Positions 16,193-25,377 of a stretch of DNA of 29,097 nt are shown here, piece after piece (within the stretch, counting starts at the first letter, position 1; the number at the start of each line of letters is the position of its first letter). The notes beneath the pieces were generated by a model. The model had not been told where the DNA came from and did not search any database. It worked only from the letters and a program-made list of their open reading frames with translations. The DNA comes from an uncultured virus (IMG/VR IMGVR_UViG_3300020048_000028) (Duplodnaviria > Heunggongvirae > Uroviricota > Caudoviricetes). The stretch lies in the IMG/VR virus record IMGVR_UViG_3300020048_000028. One strand, 5' to 3'. The position numbers and the translations under genes are program-made.

Positions 16193-17389
16193 TTAATTAA
16201 GAATACTTTGTGTTTTAATGGATTTAGATATGCTTGGTTTATCCATATCTTTTATCTTAGGAAGTATGTCTATTGCAACAGATTCCATTTCGTGAGCTTC
16301 ATCAGCATCTTTTGTTTCATGTGCATAGAAAGTTAATGCTTGACTTACTCCCATTGCTGTAAAGTCGCCACCACGCATAAAGAAATCAAGAATGCTTTTT
16401 TCTTTTTCTTCTGTGATATTTAAAAACTTAGATACGTTTTTAACTGTTTCAATAGGGTGCTTTAAATCTACTTCAGCATATTCGTTTAATTCGGAAATCT
16501 TACTTGCTAAAAAATCTTCGCTTGTAAATTTCTTAACTGCATCTTTTACTTGTGCCTGAATAAGCTCGTAATTTTTGCGTTTAGTTTCTTCGCTCCAATC
16601 AATTTGACTGAACTCTCCCATTTTACCTCCTAAATGTATTTTACCAAAAGCATCATTTTTGAAAACCATACCATTTGAACATTTTAATACAACTGCTCTT
16701 GGGCTAATAGAGAATGAACCTTGTCCTAATTCTGAATTAGTAATTACAAATCCTGTAATGATTCCATCACCTACTGAACTTCCTCCTCCTTTTGGGCTTT
16801 TATAATTCTTCAATAAGTCGGGAGCGTTAATTTCTACATCAGGCAAAATAAAACGAATATACATTTTAGACTCAGTTAAATCGCAACCGTTATCTTCAAT
16901 TTTAAGATTTAGTCCACTTTCTTTAACTGCTTCAAGTGTAGCGAATAAAACATCGAAATTATCAATTACATTATATCTATCAGATAATATTGCTCTTGCA
17001 TAACCTTTGTTCTCATCTTTGTTAATGAATGTTCTTAAAAAGATATTGCCTTTCATGTTCTTCAGCCAATGACTTACATTGCTATCAATAAGTTTAGTTT
17101 CCTCTAATGTTTGAATACGATTGTAGTATCTACGAGGAATATCTAACTTATCAGATAAATTTTGATGTAAAATAGGTAGGCAATTTAAGATAAGCTTGTT
17201 ATTACTTTCTGATTCAATTCCTACTTCTTTTAACAATTTAGATAAGCTATCATCTTCATTGTAATTGTTTACCACTAATTGACCGTTTTCCATTGATAAA
17301 AGATTTGCAGGTACTACGAAATCTTTTTTCTGCATATTTTGGTCTTTTAATTCATTTACCAATTCTGCAAGTGTTGTGTGCCTTTTCAT
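16193..17389 (-). CDS. DUF932-family-like phage protein
   Basis: 398 aa; RAILSDRYNVIDN, LTESKMYI, GFVITNSELGQG, LKCSNGM, KIHLG motifs. Confidence 0.75.
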   Translation of the reverse strand: MKRHTTLAELVNELKDQNMQKKDFVVPANLLSMENGQLVVNNYNEDDSLSKLLKEVGIESESNNKLILNCLPILHQNLSDKLDIPRRYYNRIQTLEETKLIDSNVSHWLKNMKGNIFLRTFINKDENKGYARAILSDRYNVIDNFDVLFATLEAVKESGLNLKIEDNGCDLTESKMYIRFILPDVEINAPDLLKNYKSPKGGGSSVGDGIITGFVITNSELGQGSFSISPRAVVLKCSNGMVFKNDAFGKIHLGGKMGEFSQIDWSEETKRKNYELIQAQVKDAVKKFTSEDFLASKISELNEYAEVDLKHPIETVKNVSKFLNITEEKEKSILDFFMRGGDFTAMGVSQALTFYAHETKDADEAHEMESVAIDILPKIKDMDKPSISKSIKTQSILN

Positions 17390-17413
17390 TTTTTTCTGAT
17401 TTTAAGTTAATAA

Positions 17414-17495
17414 TTGACCGTATAATTGTGAGATACAAAATTAGTAATATATATTTAATTTGCAACAACTGTTTAATTAAAGTTATTAACAATTT
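17414..17495 (-). promoter_or_regulatory. Early-type promoter P1 (TAATTTTG -7, upstream TTG, TGTTAATAA box, downstream TACGGTCAA)
   Basis: Minus-strand TAATTTTG at 17443-17436. 17433-17495 matches 28333-28395 at 54 of 63 positions without gaps. Confidence 0.75.
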
Positions 17496-17513
17496 TATGA
17501 TTTTTGAACTGAT

Positions 17514-18953
17514 TTATAATTCCATGATTTGATTATATATATTACTCAAAGCATCTCTCCACTTTTTTTGAGTATCCCAAAATTTTTGTGGTAAAAAATC
17601 ATTCTTTTCATTAGTTGGGAAAGTAATTTCGTGAATAGTAACACATCTGTTTTCAACCTTATCCCATTCATACGATATATCAAAAAGTAATTTTAATGCC
17701 AAATTTTTGAATAAACGCAAATTCTCGGTATTACTTCTTTCATTGTATAGCTTTAAGCAATAAGTAAAGTTTTGATTAGCAAGGGTAAAATTAGAAACCA
17801 TTTGTGCCTTTTGGTTATCGTCTATCACTTTTGATGAATTTAAAATTGTATTTGTAAATTCTATTCTTTCATCTAACCACTCTGTTATTGTGCTTGGAGT
17901 CCATATATTATCATCACTCCATTCTTCTCCATCTTTAAGACCGATTTCAATTTTTAAATCATTGTCATTTAAAGCAGCATTTGGTTCTAAATCCAAATTC
18001 AAAAAATCATTGTCATCATTTATATTTGGTTCTAAATCCAAATTCAAAAAATCATCATCAGGTAATTCCATTGTAATTTTTAAACCACCTAAATAATCTT
18101 GCTGATGATTTTCCAAATTCAAAAATTTCGCAAGTTTTTGCTTTTCAGTTTCACTTACCTGTATCAATTCAGTTTCATCCCACTTTTCGCAAAGTGTTTT
18201 TTCGGGTAATGATGTTGGAGAAAAGAATTTGTGTTCAGTTCCGTTTTCATCTGTTACAGTTATAATTGTAGTTCCGCCATCTCTATATCGAACAAAACTT
18301 TTAATCACAAATTCTTTTACATTTTCGTTTTCAATCACAAAAAATCTGTGGTTATCATATTTGAAATTGTAAGCAGGGTAATCCACTACAAAATATTTCG
18401 GATTTGCATCTTTTGTTTTGTAGCAGTATTCAATTTTTCTTACGTTTTCGGGTATTTTCAAATACTTCATTGATAACGATTCTTCAATCTCTTTGAAGTT
18501 TACAAAAGTTTCATTTGGGTAAGGTTGATTGAAAGGGTTTCCTTTATCATAACTTGCAACTCTTTTCATAAAATTAAATTCAGGAACAAAGTCAGATTCT
18601 CCCATTAATAATATTAAGTCATTATTGTGAGAGTATATTGTAATACGAGAATTATCATCGTCTTTCCATACATTTTTACCTGAAGCTTCTAACATATCGC
18701 CTCTACCTGAGCCAAAACCACCATCAATCATTTCTACGAAGTAATCTGTATTTGGAAAGCGAACATATAATTGATGGTCGCCACCATCCAAACCAAAACG
18801 TAATACTTCAAAAAATGCTTTAGCCGTTTTTCTGTTTTCATACTCTACTTCTGTAAAGTATATTGCTGTTTCGTTTTGGTCTGAGCTTCTAAAAAGCTCT
18901 ACATCTCTTTTTGCGAACTCTGATAAGTTGCCAAACTGTTTTCCTGTTTCCAT
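17514..18953 (-). CDS. Multi-domain hypothetical protein with internal acidic duplication
   Basis: 479 aa; DFLNLDLEPN repeated with 45-nt period at about 17979-18055. Confidence 0.75.
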   Translation of the reverse strand: METGKQFGNLSEFAKRDVELFRSSDQNETAIYFTEVEYENRKTAKAFFEVLRFGLDGGDHQLYVRFPNTDYFVEMIDGGFGSGRGDMLEASGKNVWKDDDNSRITIYSHNNDLILLMGESDFVPEFNFMKRVASYDKGNPFNQPYPNETFVNFKEIEESLSMKYLKIPENVRKIEYCYKTKDANPKYFVVDYPAYNFKYDNHRFFVIENENVKEFVIKSFVRYRDGGTTIITVTDENGTEHKFFSPTSLPEKTLCEKWDETELIQVSETEKQKLAKFLNLENHQQDYLGGLKITMELPDDDFLNLDLEPNINDDNDFLNLDLEPNAALNDNDLKIEIGLKDGEEWSDDNIWTPSTITEWLDERIEFTNTILNSSKVIDDNQKAQMVSNFTLANQNFTYCLKLYNERSNTENLRLFKNLALKLLFDISYEWDKVENRCVTIHEITFPTNEKNDFLPQKFWDTQKKWRDALSNIYNQIMEL

Positions 18954-18986
18954 TTTTTTAATTGTTAAATTGATTGTTTTTATTGG

Positions 18987-19190
18987 TTATTTTTTAATTA
19001 AATCTATTTCAATACCCTTACAATTAGCACATTTTAGTTTTTCATCATAGAAACTTAATTGTAAGTCATCCCAATATGAAAATTGTTTACCACAATCGCT
19101 ACATTTACCACCGCAACCCTCTCTAAGTCTTGGGTCAGTAGTTCCATTAGCTCCAAAAGCATAGAATTTAATTTTAACTTTTTTATCCAT
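18987..19190 (-). CDS. Small zinc-finger protein
   Basis: CSDC...CANC. Confidence 0.65.
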   Translation of the reverse strand: MDKKVKIKFYAFGANGTTDPRLREGCGGKCSDCGKQFSYWDDLQLSFYDEKLKCANCKGIEIDLIKK

Positions 19191-19460
19191 CTATTTGTTT
19201 TTATTGCTTCTTGTATTTAAAGACCTGCAAGTATGTGAACAACATTTAGCATCACTTCTATTGCTTTCAAATTTGCAATTACAAATACAACATTTTTTTT
19301 TATGAAAAATCCTCGTTTTGTATTTTGGAATTGGTTTGTTTTCTAAATATAAATTATAAGATGTAATTGCGTTATCTAATTTTATCCAAGCTAAATTCAT
19401 TTCTTTCCTCGCTTTTATTAGAGCAAGTTCTACTTTTGGTTGTTTTACTTTCTTTGCCAT
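19191..19460 (-). CDS. Basic protein with C-terminal Cys cluster
   Basis: CCICNCKFESNRSDAKCCSHTCR. Confidence 0.7.
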   Translation of the reverse strand: MAKKVKQPKVELALIKARKEMNLAWIKLDNAITSYNLYLENKPIPKYKTRIFHKKKCCICNCKFESNRSDAKCCSHTCRSLNTRSNKNK

Positions 19461-19469
19461 AATTTTAGT

Positions 19470-19781
19470 TTATTCAAAATCCATTTTAGTTTGCTGACTA
19501 ATTAATTTTTCTTGTGATTTTCTTGCTTCGTATGTTTTTCCTCTTAATCCTTCATTATGCTCTTGAAGTTTTCTCCTGCATCTCGTTACTGAATCAGGAA
19601 GGGCTAATTTTCCACTCAATAGCATTTTTTTAAAATCTTCGTATTGTTGTATTTTGCCAAACGATTGAATGTCCCAAATTTTTAATAAAAGCAAATTATC
19701 ATCATCTCTTGTTTCAAAGTCATTTAATAGCACATTTGCAACAGTAGGTTTAATCTTTATGTATGAAGCAATAAAATCCAT
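19470..19781 (-). CDS. Conserved phage hypothetical protein
   Basis: ETRDDDNLL...PDSVTRCRRKLQE...LRG motif. Confidence 0.72.
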   Translation of the reverse strand: MDFIASYIKIKPTVANVLLNDFETRDDDNLLLLKIWDIQSFGKIQQYEDFKKMLLSGKLALPDSVTRCRRKLQEHNEGLRGKTYEARKSQEKLISQQTKMDFE

Positions 19782-19791
19782 TTTTAGTCTT

Positions 19792-19965
19792 TTATTTAAT
19801 TTTTTCTTTAGATAAAACTATTTTAATCATTCTAATGCTACTCATTACTTGCCTATCTGCACAAGTTTGTCCTTCTATTTTCCTGCTACCAAGTATGTTT
19901 GCCACTATTCTTAAAGTATCTTCGATTTGTTCAGCTTCAAATTTGTGTATAATTAATTCTTCCAC
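19792..19965 (-). CDS. Hypothetical protein (57 aa, GTG start), not in ORF track
   Basis: MEELIIHKFEAEQIEDTLRIVANILGSRKIEGQTCADRQVMSSIRMIKIVLSKEKIK*; fills the gap between neighbours. Confidence 0.6.
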   Translation of the reverse strand: MEELIIHKFEAEQIEDTLRIVANILGSRKIEGQTCADRQVMSSIRMIKIVLSKEKIK

Positions 19966-19975
19966 GCTATTTTAT

Positions 19976-20188
19976 TTAAAAGTTTTTTTTTAATTCTTGC
20001 ATAATTGCTTCCCAAAGTATCTTATGTTCTTCTTTGATGGATATTCTTAATTTTCTTTCACAATGACCTATTGCTCTTAATTTACTTGATTGAAAGCTAT
20101 TAAAATCTCTTTCGTACATTTCAAATATATCATTGGCTTCGTCTTTAGCCAATTTGCCATTTAAAAAATAATTTTCTTTAATATCCAT
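19976..20188 (-). CDS. Hypothetical protein
   Basis: 70 aa, packed in the operon. Confidence 0.65.
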   Translation of the reverse strand: MDIKENYFLNGKLAKDEANDIFEMYERDFNSFQSSKLRAIGHCERKLRISIKEEHKILWEAIMQELKKNF

Positions 20189-20191
20189 TTT

Positions 20192-20452
20192 CTAAATAAG
20201 AGGAATGTTTTTTTTGTCTTTAGCTAATTTTATAGCTACTTCTATTGGCAAGGTCATTTCCACTATTTTTTTAATTGACATCTTCTCTCTCTTTACTCTG
20301 TAACCTTTATCGTTTCCAACTTTGATTATTGATAATTTTTTTATGCCGTATGATTTCCCTTTTGATACAGATGGTAGGCGGTATAATTCTTTTTTATGCC
20401 AACCAAATAGAAATCCATTATATTCAAATCCGTATTTAAAATCTATAATCAT
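20192..20452 (-). CDS. Hypothetical basic protein
   Basis: 86 aa; FGWHKKELYRLP. Confidence 0.7.
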   Translation of the reverse strand: MIIDFKYGFEYNGFLFGWHKKELYRLPSVSKGKSYGIKKLSIIKVGNDKGYRVKREKMSIKKIVEMTLPIEVAIKLAKDKKNIPLI

Positions 20453-20456
20453 TCTT

Positions 20457-21257
20457 TTAATCTTTTAATTTTAAATTATATCTATATAAAACGCTATTAA
20501 CTTCTCTTAATGTTGTTAATCCAAAATTTCTATATTTCATTAAATTTTTAGCTGAGGCTAAAGACAATTCTCTTAATGTTGTTATGCCTGCTGTTTTTAA
20601 TGAATTTAAAGCTCTTACCGATATATCAATATCTATTAATTCTGTTTCAAGTAATATATTAGCGTTTTTTTCGCTATCTAAAATGTTTTTATTTAACTCA
20701 CTATATTCTGATTGTAAAAAATCATACTTCTTTTTAAGTTCATTATAGTCATTGTTAATCCTGTTTGAACTAACTACTCTATAATATGATTTTTCAAAAA
20801 TTTGACGAACTCTCTCAGCCGAGATTTTATATTCATTACATACATCTTCTCTTGATTTATTTTCAACCAATAAAGCTCTTAGTACGTTATATTCTCTTTC
20901 GCTTAAAGTGTCTTTAATATTTAATAAAAATAAGTTTACAGTTTTCTCTATCATATAAAATAAATAATTAGTATTATGATTATACTTTTTAATATGATTT
21001 TCTAATTCATTTTCAAATATGAATGTTGCAGAGCCTTTATTTTCAGAATTTGAAAAACTTGATATAATGCTTTTTTTTATCAATCCAATGATATAATTAG
21101 ATGATATATTATCATGCTTTTTTAAAAAGTCATTCAGTCTTATAGGGTTTTCATTTAATATCCTTTCGCAAAGTATTTCGTTAGATAAGATAAAATATGC
21201 ACTTCTTTTACCTAATTGTAACTTGTCTAATATTTTTTCTTCTAATTCTTTGGTCAT
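20457..21257 (-). CDS. Sigma-region-4-like HTH fused to an RNA polymerase alpha C-terminal domain
   Basis: LSEREYNVL...SREDVCNEYKISAERVRQI (sigma70 region 4), a coiled coil, then IDISVRALNSLKTAGITTLREL...LMKYRNFGLTTLREV (alpha-CTD). Start is 21257 or 21281. Confidence 0.85.
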   Translation of the reverse strand: MTKELEEKILDKLQLGKRSAYFILSNEILCERILNENPIRLNDFLKKHDNISSNYIIGLIKKSIISSFSNSENKGSATFIFENELENHIKKYNHNTNYLFYMIEKTVNLFLLNIKDTLSEREYNVLRALLVENKSREDVCNEYKISAERVRQIFEKSYYRVVSSNRINNDYNELKKKYDFLQSEYSELNKNILDSEKNANILLETELIDIDISVRALNSLKTAGITTLRELSLASAKNLMKYRNFGLTTLREVNSVLYRYNLKLKD

Positions 21258-21273
21258 TTTTATAATTATTTTA

Positions 21274-21498
21274 TTAATCAATAATTCTCATAGCACGAAA
21301 AGTTTTGAAAACATCCGAATGGTATGTTATTATCTCATTATCTACTATCATGCAGGTATTTACGCCAAGTGATTGATTAAAACTTTCCTCGTCTATTTTT
21401 AATTCTATCAATAAACTTTTTATTTCAGAGTCAGTAAAACCTTCCTCGTATTTTGTTTTGTAATTATAAACTAAGTCTTGTAATTCTTTATTTGCCAT
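21274..21498 (-). CDS. Hypothetical protein
   Basis: 74 aa, packed in the operon. Confidence 0.7.
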   Translation of the reverse strand: MANKELQDLVYNYKTKYEEGFTDSEIKSLLIELKIDEESFNQSLGVNTCMIVDNEIITYHSDVFKTFRAMRIID

Positions 21499-21499
21499 G

Positions 21500-21760
21500 T
21501 TAATAAGTTTTAATCATTGGATATTCTTGTATCTTTACAAATTTACTTCCTATCTGAAAGTGATTATCTAAAACATATTTTAGCAATTCTTTTTTTGTGT
21601 TTTTGCAATATAGGTAATTTACAGAACCGTAACCCGTATCTATATTATAGGTTAGGTATCTCCAACCATACCATTTTTTTTGCTGAATCAAGTAATCTGA
21701 AGCTTTAGTAGATATATCTTTACATCTTGCAACAAACCTTATTTTAAGTGTCTTTTTCAT
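21500..21760 (-). CDS. Hypothetical protein
   Basis: 86 aa; YLIQQKKWYGWRY motif. Confidence 0.7.
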   Translation of the reverse strand: MKKTLKIRFVARCKDISTKASDYLIQQKKWYGWRYLTYNIDTGYGSVNYLYCKNTKKELLKYVLDNHFQIGSKFVKIQEYPMIKTY

Positions 21761-21774
21761 TTTTATGTAAAAAA

Positions 21775-22032
21775 TTAATCGGCATCAAATTCTAAATCAC
21801 TTGTTTCTTTAAGTAAGTCATTCATGTGTTCAACGGTAATACTTAATTCATGCGAAAGTAATTTAATTACAGATTTAGTTGCGTGTCCTTGATTTACAAT
21901 TCTATTAATAGTATTGGTAGATAAAGAAGTCTTTTCAGATAATTCTTTTTGGTTTATTCCTTTTTTTAAAAGCCAAAGTTTAAGTTTAGGAACTTTTATA
22001 ACTTTTTGCTCTTTTGTTTTTTTAGATTCCAT
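21775..22032 (-). CDS. XRE/Cro-C1 HTH regulator
   Basis: LKLWLLKKGINQKELSEKTSLSTNTINRIVN. Confidence 0.85.
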   Translation of the reverse strand: MESKKTKEQKVIKVPKLKLWLLKKGINQKELSEKTSLSTNTINRIVNQGHATKSVIKLLSHELSITVEHMNDLLKETSDLEFDAD

Positions 22033-22036
22033 TTTA

Positions 22037-22384
22037 TTAATTTTTATTATTTGTATTGTAAATTGTTATTGCTCGTTCTAATGCTCCATTAATGGCTTCT
22101 TGTCTACTCGAATAGTCATTCATTGATATTATTTCATCAGTTAGATAAATTCTACCACTCCAAAACTCTGTGTTACTAACAGGCATTATCCCTATCTTTA
22201 TGTTTTTATTATCAAAAAAATTAAATAATATACATAAATTCTTATCTATATTATTTCTTTTGCAAAAATTATCAAATAATATTTTAGTAACCTTAATAGG
22301 GTTTACTTCTATCTTATCATAATGATATATTATTTCGCTACTTAAATCTTTTGATACATATATATCATTTAATATTTTACACAT
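22037..22384 (-). CDS. Hypothetical protein, probable paralog of 23551-24033
   Basis: LFNFFDNKNI...YSSRQEA...ALERA; start MCKILN at 22384 preferred. Confidence 0.65.
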   Translation of the reverse strand: MCKILNDIYVSKDLSSEIIYHYDKIEVNPIKVTKILFDNFCKRNNIDKNLCILFNFFDNKNIKIGIMPVSNTEFWSGRIYLTDEIISMNDYSSRQEAINGALERAITIYNTNNKN

Positions 22385-22388
22385 AGTA

Positions 22389-22682
22389 TTATTTTTTTCT
22401 GTCTTTAATAATATCAATAGCTTTCATTAATGTATTTAACACTTTAGGATTATCTCCATATTCTGAAAATATTCTATCAGCAATATATGTTTCATTAAAT
22501 TCATGTTCATTTATTTCTAATGCTTTTGCTATTTTTTTTATTTGATGCGGCAGTATTTTTCTTTCTCCTTTTTCAATTCTTGAAATAGTTGTTTCATTAA
22601 TTTCAACTATTGCTGATAATTTTACTTGCGTTAAGCCTTTTTGTTTTCTTTTCTCTCTAATGTAATCTCCTAATATTTGCAT
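22389..22682 (-). CDS. XRE-family HTH regulator
   Basis: LGDYIREKRKQKGLTQVKLS...ISRIEKGER...IAKALEI. Confidence 0.9.
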   Translation of the reverse strand: MQILGDYIREKRKQKGLTQVKLSAIVEINETTISRIEKGERKILPHQIKKIAKALEINEHEFNETYIADRIFSEYGDNPKVLNTLMKAIDIIKDRKK

Positions 22683-22724
22683 TGTTTTTTTTGTTTTTGT
22701 TTATCTTTTAGGCTGTTCACCATG

Positions 22725-23558
22725 TTATAATTTTGAAATTCTTGATAATACATCGTTTGAGCTATGACCATCAAATGAAGGTGCTTGTGCTATTGTATTT
22801 GCGAAATTAGTTTCATCCCAATATTTAATAGGTAAATGATATGTTATTTGTTCACCCTGTTCTTGTCCTAATCCCATTATGAACCAACCTTTCCATGCAG
22901 AGCCATCGGAGTGAGCCATACTTTTCCAAACTTTTGATTTTTGACAACCTTGATATTCAGGATTATTTGCTATCTCTCTACATAGGGCTATAAACAAAAC
23001 TATTCTATGTTCATAAAGTTCCCCGAATGTATGGTATCCATCTGAAATATGGTTTGTGTCAATTTTGCTCGTCTTAATTTCATTATTAAGAAAATCAATT
23101 TTTATATCGCAAAATGGTTCAGGTGGAGGAAGTGGAGTTGCCGCTTTTTCAATTTTAGGGTTTTCAATTTTAGTTGTTTTATCATATATTTGAGTTTGAT
23201 AGCAACCTTTTACATCCTTGAATGATATTGCAAACTTAACAACATCATCATCATTTTTTAATTCTCCTATAATTGTTTTTACTTCTTCCTTATTTATAGG
23301 AGCTGTATGGTGTCCAACCTCATCTCTTGGAAATATTTTCAAAACATATCCTGTACATTCTTCAATTTCCTCATATTGAGGAGTCCAATTCTCATCATAT
23401 TGACCATCTTCCGATTTATTAATTAATTCAACGGTATGGTAATGTCCACAAATATCACAAAATTCTTTAAGCTCCTCTGATTTATGATTGTACTCTGAGT
23501 ACATTTCTTCGTTTCCGCATACATTACACAATTTCATATTTATAGTACTGTTACTCAT
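22725..23558 (-). CDS. Zn-ribbon domain fused to a WDGH-like phage domain
   Basis: N-terminal CNVC...CDICGH, Pro-rich linker, C-terminal SDGYHTFGELYEHR...HSDG...GWFI...QITYHLP...FDGH. Confidence 0.72.
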   Translation of the reverse strand: MSNSTINMKLCNVCGNEEMYSEYNHKSEELKEFCDICGHYHTVELINKSEDGQYDENWTPQYEEIEECTGYVLKIFPRDEVGHHTAPINKEEVKTIIGELKNDDDVVKFAISFKDVKGCYQTQIYDKTTKIENPKIEKAATPLPPPEPFCDIKIDFLNNEIKTSKIDTNHISDGYHTFGELYEHRIVLFIALCREIANNPEYQGCQKSKVWKSMAHSDGSAWKGWFIMGLGQEQGEQITYHLPIKYWDETNFANTIAQAPSFDGHSSNDVLSRISKL

Positions 23559-24033
23559 AGGTTATTAAATTTTTTCTTCTGTAAGTTAATACTTTGTCTA
23601 CATGAACCCAATTCATATTCAAGCATGATGAATCTGAACTTTCGTCATAAAAACGGTATTTGGTTAATTCTATAAATAATTTAGTATCAAGGAACTGAAA
23701 TGCTTTTTGAAAAGCTACAAATTCAGCACTTTCTCTGCTACCTAAATCATATTCTTTTACTTCTTCTTTATCAATAAATATTGCTATTTCCCAACTACAT
23801 TTAAGCTTATCTCCTTTACTCTCTACATTCTGTGGCTGTACCGACACTATTATAGAATTTTCATCAAAAAAAGAATATAATAATGCTGTAATGTTTTTAA
23901 AGCCAATGTCCTCAAATTCATTAATGCCATAACCAAAATCCTTATGATTGTTTTTAAGATAAAAATCCAACCTGCTTAAAGCTCTTGTGTATTTACTCTT
24001 AACTAAATCTATTATTATTTTTGACTTTTGCAT
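23551..24033 (-). CDS. Hypothetical protein
   Basis: 160 aa; LYSFFDENSI...SRESAE...AFQKAF; first gene after promoter P2. Confidence 0.72.
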   Translation of the reverse strand: MQKSKIIIDLVKSKYTRALSRLDFYLKNNHKDFGYGINEFEDIGFKNITALLYSFFDENSIIVSVQPQNVESKGDKLKCSWEIAIFIDKEEVKEYDLGSRESAEFVAFQKAFQFLDTKLFIELTKYRFYDESSDSSCLNMNWVHVDKVLTYRRKNLITYE

Positions 24034-24036
24034 ATT

Positions 24037-24058
24037 TTGACCGTAAGTTACAAATATA
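24037..24058 (-). promoter_or_regulatory. Promoter P2 (TATATTTG -7 element with downstream TACGGTCAA)
   Basis: Minus-strand TATATTTG at 24058-24051 in an 82-nt intergenic gap; TACGGTCAA at 24045-24037. Confidence 0.65.
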
Positions 24059-24115
24059 AGTATAATTACTTATTGAATATTAAAATATAATTAAAAAGAT
24101 ACAAACAAATGTTAA

Positions 24116-24367
24116 TTATTTGCTTTCTTCAACAAAAAATGTGTATTTATTTCCAAATTCTCCATTTTCATATTTTCTCTGCATAGTTGTAATGATTGTG
24201 TCATCTTTCGATTTTTGTTGAAGTGTTCTAAATCCACCTTTTGATAGTTCATTGATGTAATTATAAGATTCTTGACTTATTTTTTTTCCTTTGTTCAATT
24301 CTATGAGTCTTTCGCATTCCGAGAATCTTAGATTCATTTCTTCTTTGCTTTCACTTATTTTTTCCAT
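24116..24367 (-). CDS. Hypothetical protein
   Basis: 83 aa. Confidence 0.65.
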   Translation of the reverse strand: MEKISESKEEMNLRFSECERLIELNKGKKISQESYNYINELSKGGFRTLQQKSKDDTIITTMQRKYENGEFGNKYTFFVEESK

Positions 24368-24385
24368 TTTGTTTATTTTTACTTG

Positions 24386-24742
24386 TTAATTTTTTTTATT
24401 GGTTCTATCTGAAATTATATTTAAAAATTTTTTAAAAAAAACCATAGCATCTAAATTAGCTTTTGCTTTATATTCATCATTTCCGAATTTTGAAAATAGT
24501 GCTGATATTCCAACAGGAATAAACTCAATAATGATTAGTTGTAAAAATTGGTCGTCAGTCATTTTAGAATAATCTGAATCTGAAGATGGTTTATAGGAAT
24601 ATATTTCTGCATCTGATATTTCATGCTTAATCATGTACTTTTCAAGCATAGCTTTAGCATTTTCTTTCTCTCCTCCAATTCCTCTTTCGGCAAGTTCTTT
24701 TAGCTTTTTGGCTTTGTCAAGTATTTTTTTTCTACTCTCCAT
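24386..24742 (-). CDS. DUF2786-like N-terminal domain protein
   Basis: KILDKAKKLKELAERGIGGEKENAKAMLEKYMIKHEI. Confidence 0.7.
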   Translation of the reverse strand: MESRKKILDKAKKLKELAERGIGGEKENAKAMLEKYMIKHEISDAEIYSYKPSSDSDYSKMTDDQFLQLIIIEFIPVGISALFSKFGNDEYKAKANLDAMVFFKKFLNIISDRTNKKN

Positions 24743-24960
24743 TACTTCGCTTTTAGCTCAAAGTTTTTATTAAAAAAATCTTGACCAACTATTTCTTTTG
24801 CTTTATTATACGCTTTTTCTTGACATTGAAACTTTCCATTTCTTTTAACTAAAACTTCTCCTAAATCTTTCCATCCAAAAGCTCCTCCTTCTGCAAGTGT
24901 GTTTAGCACTTTTAAAAAGTATTCTTCGTTTTCAATTTGTTGTTTGTACGTTAAATTCAT
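24742..24960 (-). CDS. Hypothetical protein
   Basis: 72 aa, TAATG-coupled. Confidence 0.7.
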   Translation of the reverse strand: MNLTYKQQIENEEYFLKVLNTLAEGGAFGWKDLGEVLVKRNGKFQCQEKAYNKAKEIVGQDFFNKNFELKAK

Positions 24961-24961
24961 T

Positions 24962-25375
24962 TCACTTGACTTTATATATTTGAGATTTACTTTCTATTAA
25001 TTTTTTAATCAACTCAGTATAGCTATCTTTCTTGTAAATTTTCTCAGTTAAAAGTTGCTCCAATGTGCATTTTCTTATGTTTACGTCTAAGGTTGTTTCA
25101 TCGGTATATATAATAGTTCCTAAAAAGCCATTATTATCAGTTCTTTTGTTTAATACTTCTGTTTGGTGCATATACTGTGTAGCTATATCAGTATGAACTA
25201 TCTTTGTTTGAGAAATGGTATATCCACCCCATTCTCCCATAACAAGATAGAAAAATCCATGCTTTTCTTGGGCATATTTCATTCCTTTCCATTTAACTCC
25301 CCATGAAGCTTTAATAGACTTTTCTTCTGCGGTAGTAAGGATTATTTTTTCAACTGTGTAGCTTATTATTTTCAT
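24962..25375 (-). CDS. Hypothetical protein
   Basis: 137 aa. Confidence 0.7.
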   Translation of the reverse strand: MKIISYTVEKIILTTAEEKSIKASWGVKWKGMKYAQEKHGFFYLVMGEWGGYTISQTKIVHTDIATQYMHQTEVLNKRTDNNGFLGTIIYTDETTLDVNIRKCTLEQLLTEKIYKKDSYTELIKKLIESKSQIYKVK

Positions 25376-25377
25376 AA

